Below are positions 62,304 through 64,000 of a DNA stretch of 64,000 nt, piece after piece; the first letter of the stretch is position 1, and each line of letters begins with the position of its first letter. This stretch comes from Octopus sinensis (Eukaryota), in the NCBI RefSeq assembly GCF_006345805.1, contig NC_043010.1, positions 4,712,001-4,776,000 of the forward strand. Reading direction: 5' to 3'. The position numbers were made by a program, and so were the translations under genes. Below the pieces are notes generated by a model. That model worked only from the letters and a program-made list of their open reading frames with translations, was not told where the DNA came from and made no database searches.

Positions 62304-62798
62304 AAACACCATCCGATCGTGGCCGTGCCAGCCTTGCCTGGCCTCCGTGCCGGTGGCATGTAAAAAACACCATCCAAGTGTGGCCGTTCGCCAGCCTCGT
62401 CTGGCACCTGTGTCGGTGGCACATAAAAAACACCATCCGAGCATGGCCGTTCGCCAGCCTCGTCTGGCACCTGTGTCCGTGGCACATAAAAAAAAACACC
62501 ATCCGAGCGTGGCCGTTTGCCAGCCTCGTCTGGCACCTGTGTCCGTGGCACATAAAAAAAACACCATCCGAGCGTGGCCGTTCGCCAGCCTCGTCTGGCA
62601 CCTGTGTCGGTGGCACATAAAATGCACCCGCTACACTCACGGAGTGGTTGGCGTTAGGAAGGGCATCCAGCTGTAGAAACTCTGCCAGATCAAGATTGGA
62701 GTCTGGTGCAGCCATCTGGTTTGCCAGCCCTCAGTCAAATTGTCCGACCCATGCTAGCATGGAAAGCGGACGTTAAACGACGATGATGATGATGATGA
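62304..62798 (+). mobile_element. Element E with five tandem 5' units of about 63-66 bp
   Basis: The unit CACCATCCGAGCGTGGCCGTTCGCCAGCCTCGTCTGGCACCTGTGTCGGTGGCACATAAAA occurs five times, then the body and (GAT)n tail. Confidence 0.85.
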
Positions 62799-63367
62799 AT
62801 AATCCTATCTGGTATTACAAATACTTGTAAGGATCTGTTAACATAGCCAGCAGACCAAGCATCGAAATTAACCTTGGCCAACATCGACTTCTTTATTTAG
62901 AAGAATATATACGGCTTTGCAATTGTCTATAATTTCTTTCTGGCCTTTCTTCCGCACATGTAACAAACATTCACACGTACACACACATACACAGGCAAAA
63001 GAAAAAGAAAAAAATGAAGAAAAAAAAAAAAACCATTCCTGCTCAGAAGCTGTATAAAAATATACTTGGCAGATATGACTAGAATTTACAGGAAAGACCA
63101 CTCAATTCTTATGACTTGCTTGCCATACAGCCATTCATAATTCATAATCTCTTGTACTTCAAGTTCACTGATAGATTTTTCACAACCTGCTTCTCTGCTG
63201 ATGACAGTAGTTATAAGCATTGAAATCCATCATTGTTTTTATCTTATTTCTTTTCGTTTTTTTGTTTTATTTTATTTTCTTACCTGTATCTCCTTTCAAT
63301 CATCAAAGTTGGAACACCTTGAAAATCAGCTCAGTTAGTAGTGTGTGTGTGTGTGTCTGTGCATGTG

Positions 63368-63398
<31 letters not shown>

Positions 63399-64000
63399 TG
63401 TGTATGTGTGTGTGCATGTGTGTGTGTGCATGTGTGTGTGTGTTTGTGTGTGCACGTACATGCACGTGTGTGTTTGTGTGTGTGTGTGTGTGTGTGTAGT
63501 AGCCATATTACAGCAGTACTTATCTCAGCTTTCAGATTTGCAACCACATATCTAGTGAACTGATATTGCTTAACAACAGATCGTTCTGAAAAACTTTCAT
63601 TTGAATTCCAAAAGAATTCAGACCATAATAAATAGAATCGAGACAAAATTCCTGAGCTCAGTCAAAGTTTGAGGTTTTTTAAGCCCCTAAAGTGTTCTTA
63701 GTGGAAATAATCCTTAGAAAGCGAGAAAAATTTCTCAGGTTTGCTGTTATTCACAATAACCACCAGATTTAGACGGCTTATTTTTTTTTGCTCTAAAGAT
63801 TTAATTTTTTTTCTTTTCACCTCATTTCCAATGTGTCTACCACCTTCTTATCAACAAAGAGGTTTTTATGTGGTGCTAGTAATAGCAGTCAAATCTCTGA
63901 ATTACATCGTGTCTTGAAAAGGGAGTCCTTTTACATTGAAGACTTACTTTACTCATCACCTAATTCTTTTTTTTTCCACGGTTTCCATCAACTTCTTGTT

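Noticed and set aside
7525-63646. Dozens of ORFs rich in YVCM, HTYI, poly-His, poly-Met or poly-Ile
   Set aside because: They are translations of (CATA)n, (TA)n, (CA)n and (GAT)n microsatellites.

Overview
Eukaryotic, AT-rich, microsatellite- and SINE-dense DNA. It is most likely from a coleoid cephalopod (Octopus-like), inferred from the protocadherin type and the repeat landscape. The only host gene I can support is a six-EC protocadherin on the minus strand. Its large coding exon spans 5276-2807 (acceptor AG at 5278-5277, ATG at 5206, donor GT at 2806). A candidate non-coding first exon and promoter lie about 39 kb upstream (44642-44905), beyond a 100-N assembly gap. The rest of the window is repeats: several tRNA-derived SINE families, RTE-related elements with (GAT)n or (TATG)n tails, relics of restriction-like-endonuclease non-LTR retrotransposons (two R4/Dong-like pieces in (TAA)n, one HERO-like, one unassigned), mariner, hAT and piggyBac-type MITEs, and many microsatellites. 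Almost all short ORFs in the supplied track are microsatellite or SINE artefacts. The most notable unexplained signal is a set of type I hammerhead-ribozyme folds with palindromic stem III, as in Penelope-like elements. One has an intact core and an unusually long stem II (48745-48849), a second related fold sits about 310 nt further on (49162-49250), a mirror pair sits in a 341-bp near-perfect palindrome (22526-22866), one sits in a decayed 249-bp palindrome (35367-35615), and one is a CpG-decayed minimal copy (59868-59913). Fold-back structures recur in several unrelated repeat families. All folds and family names come from manual inspection only, with no database search.
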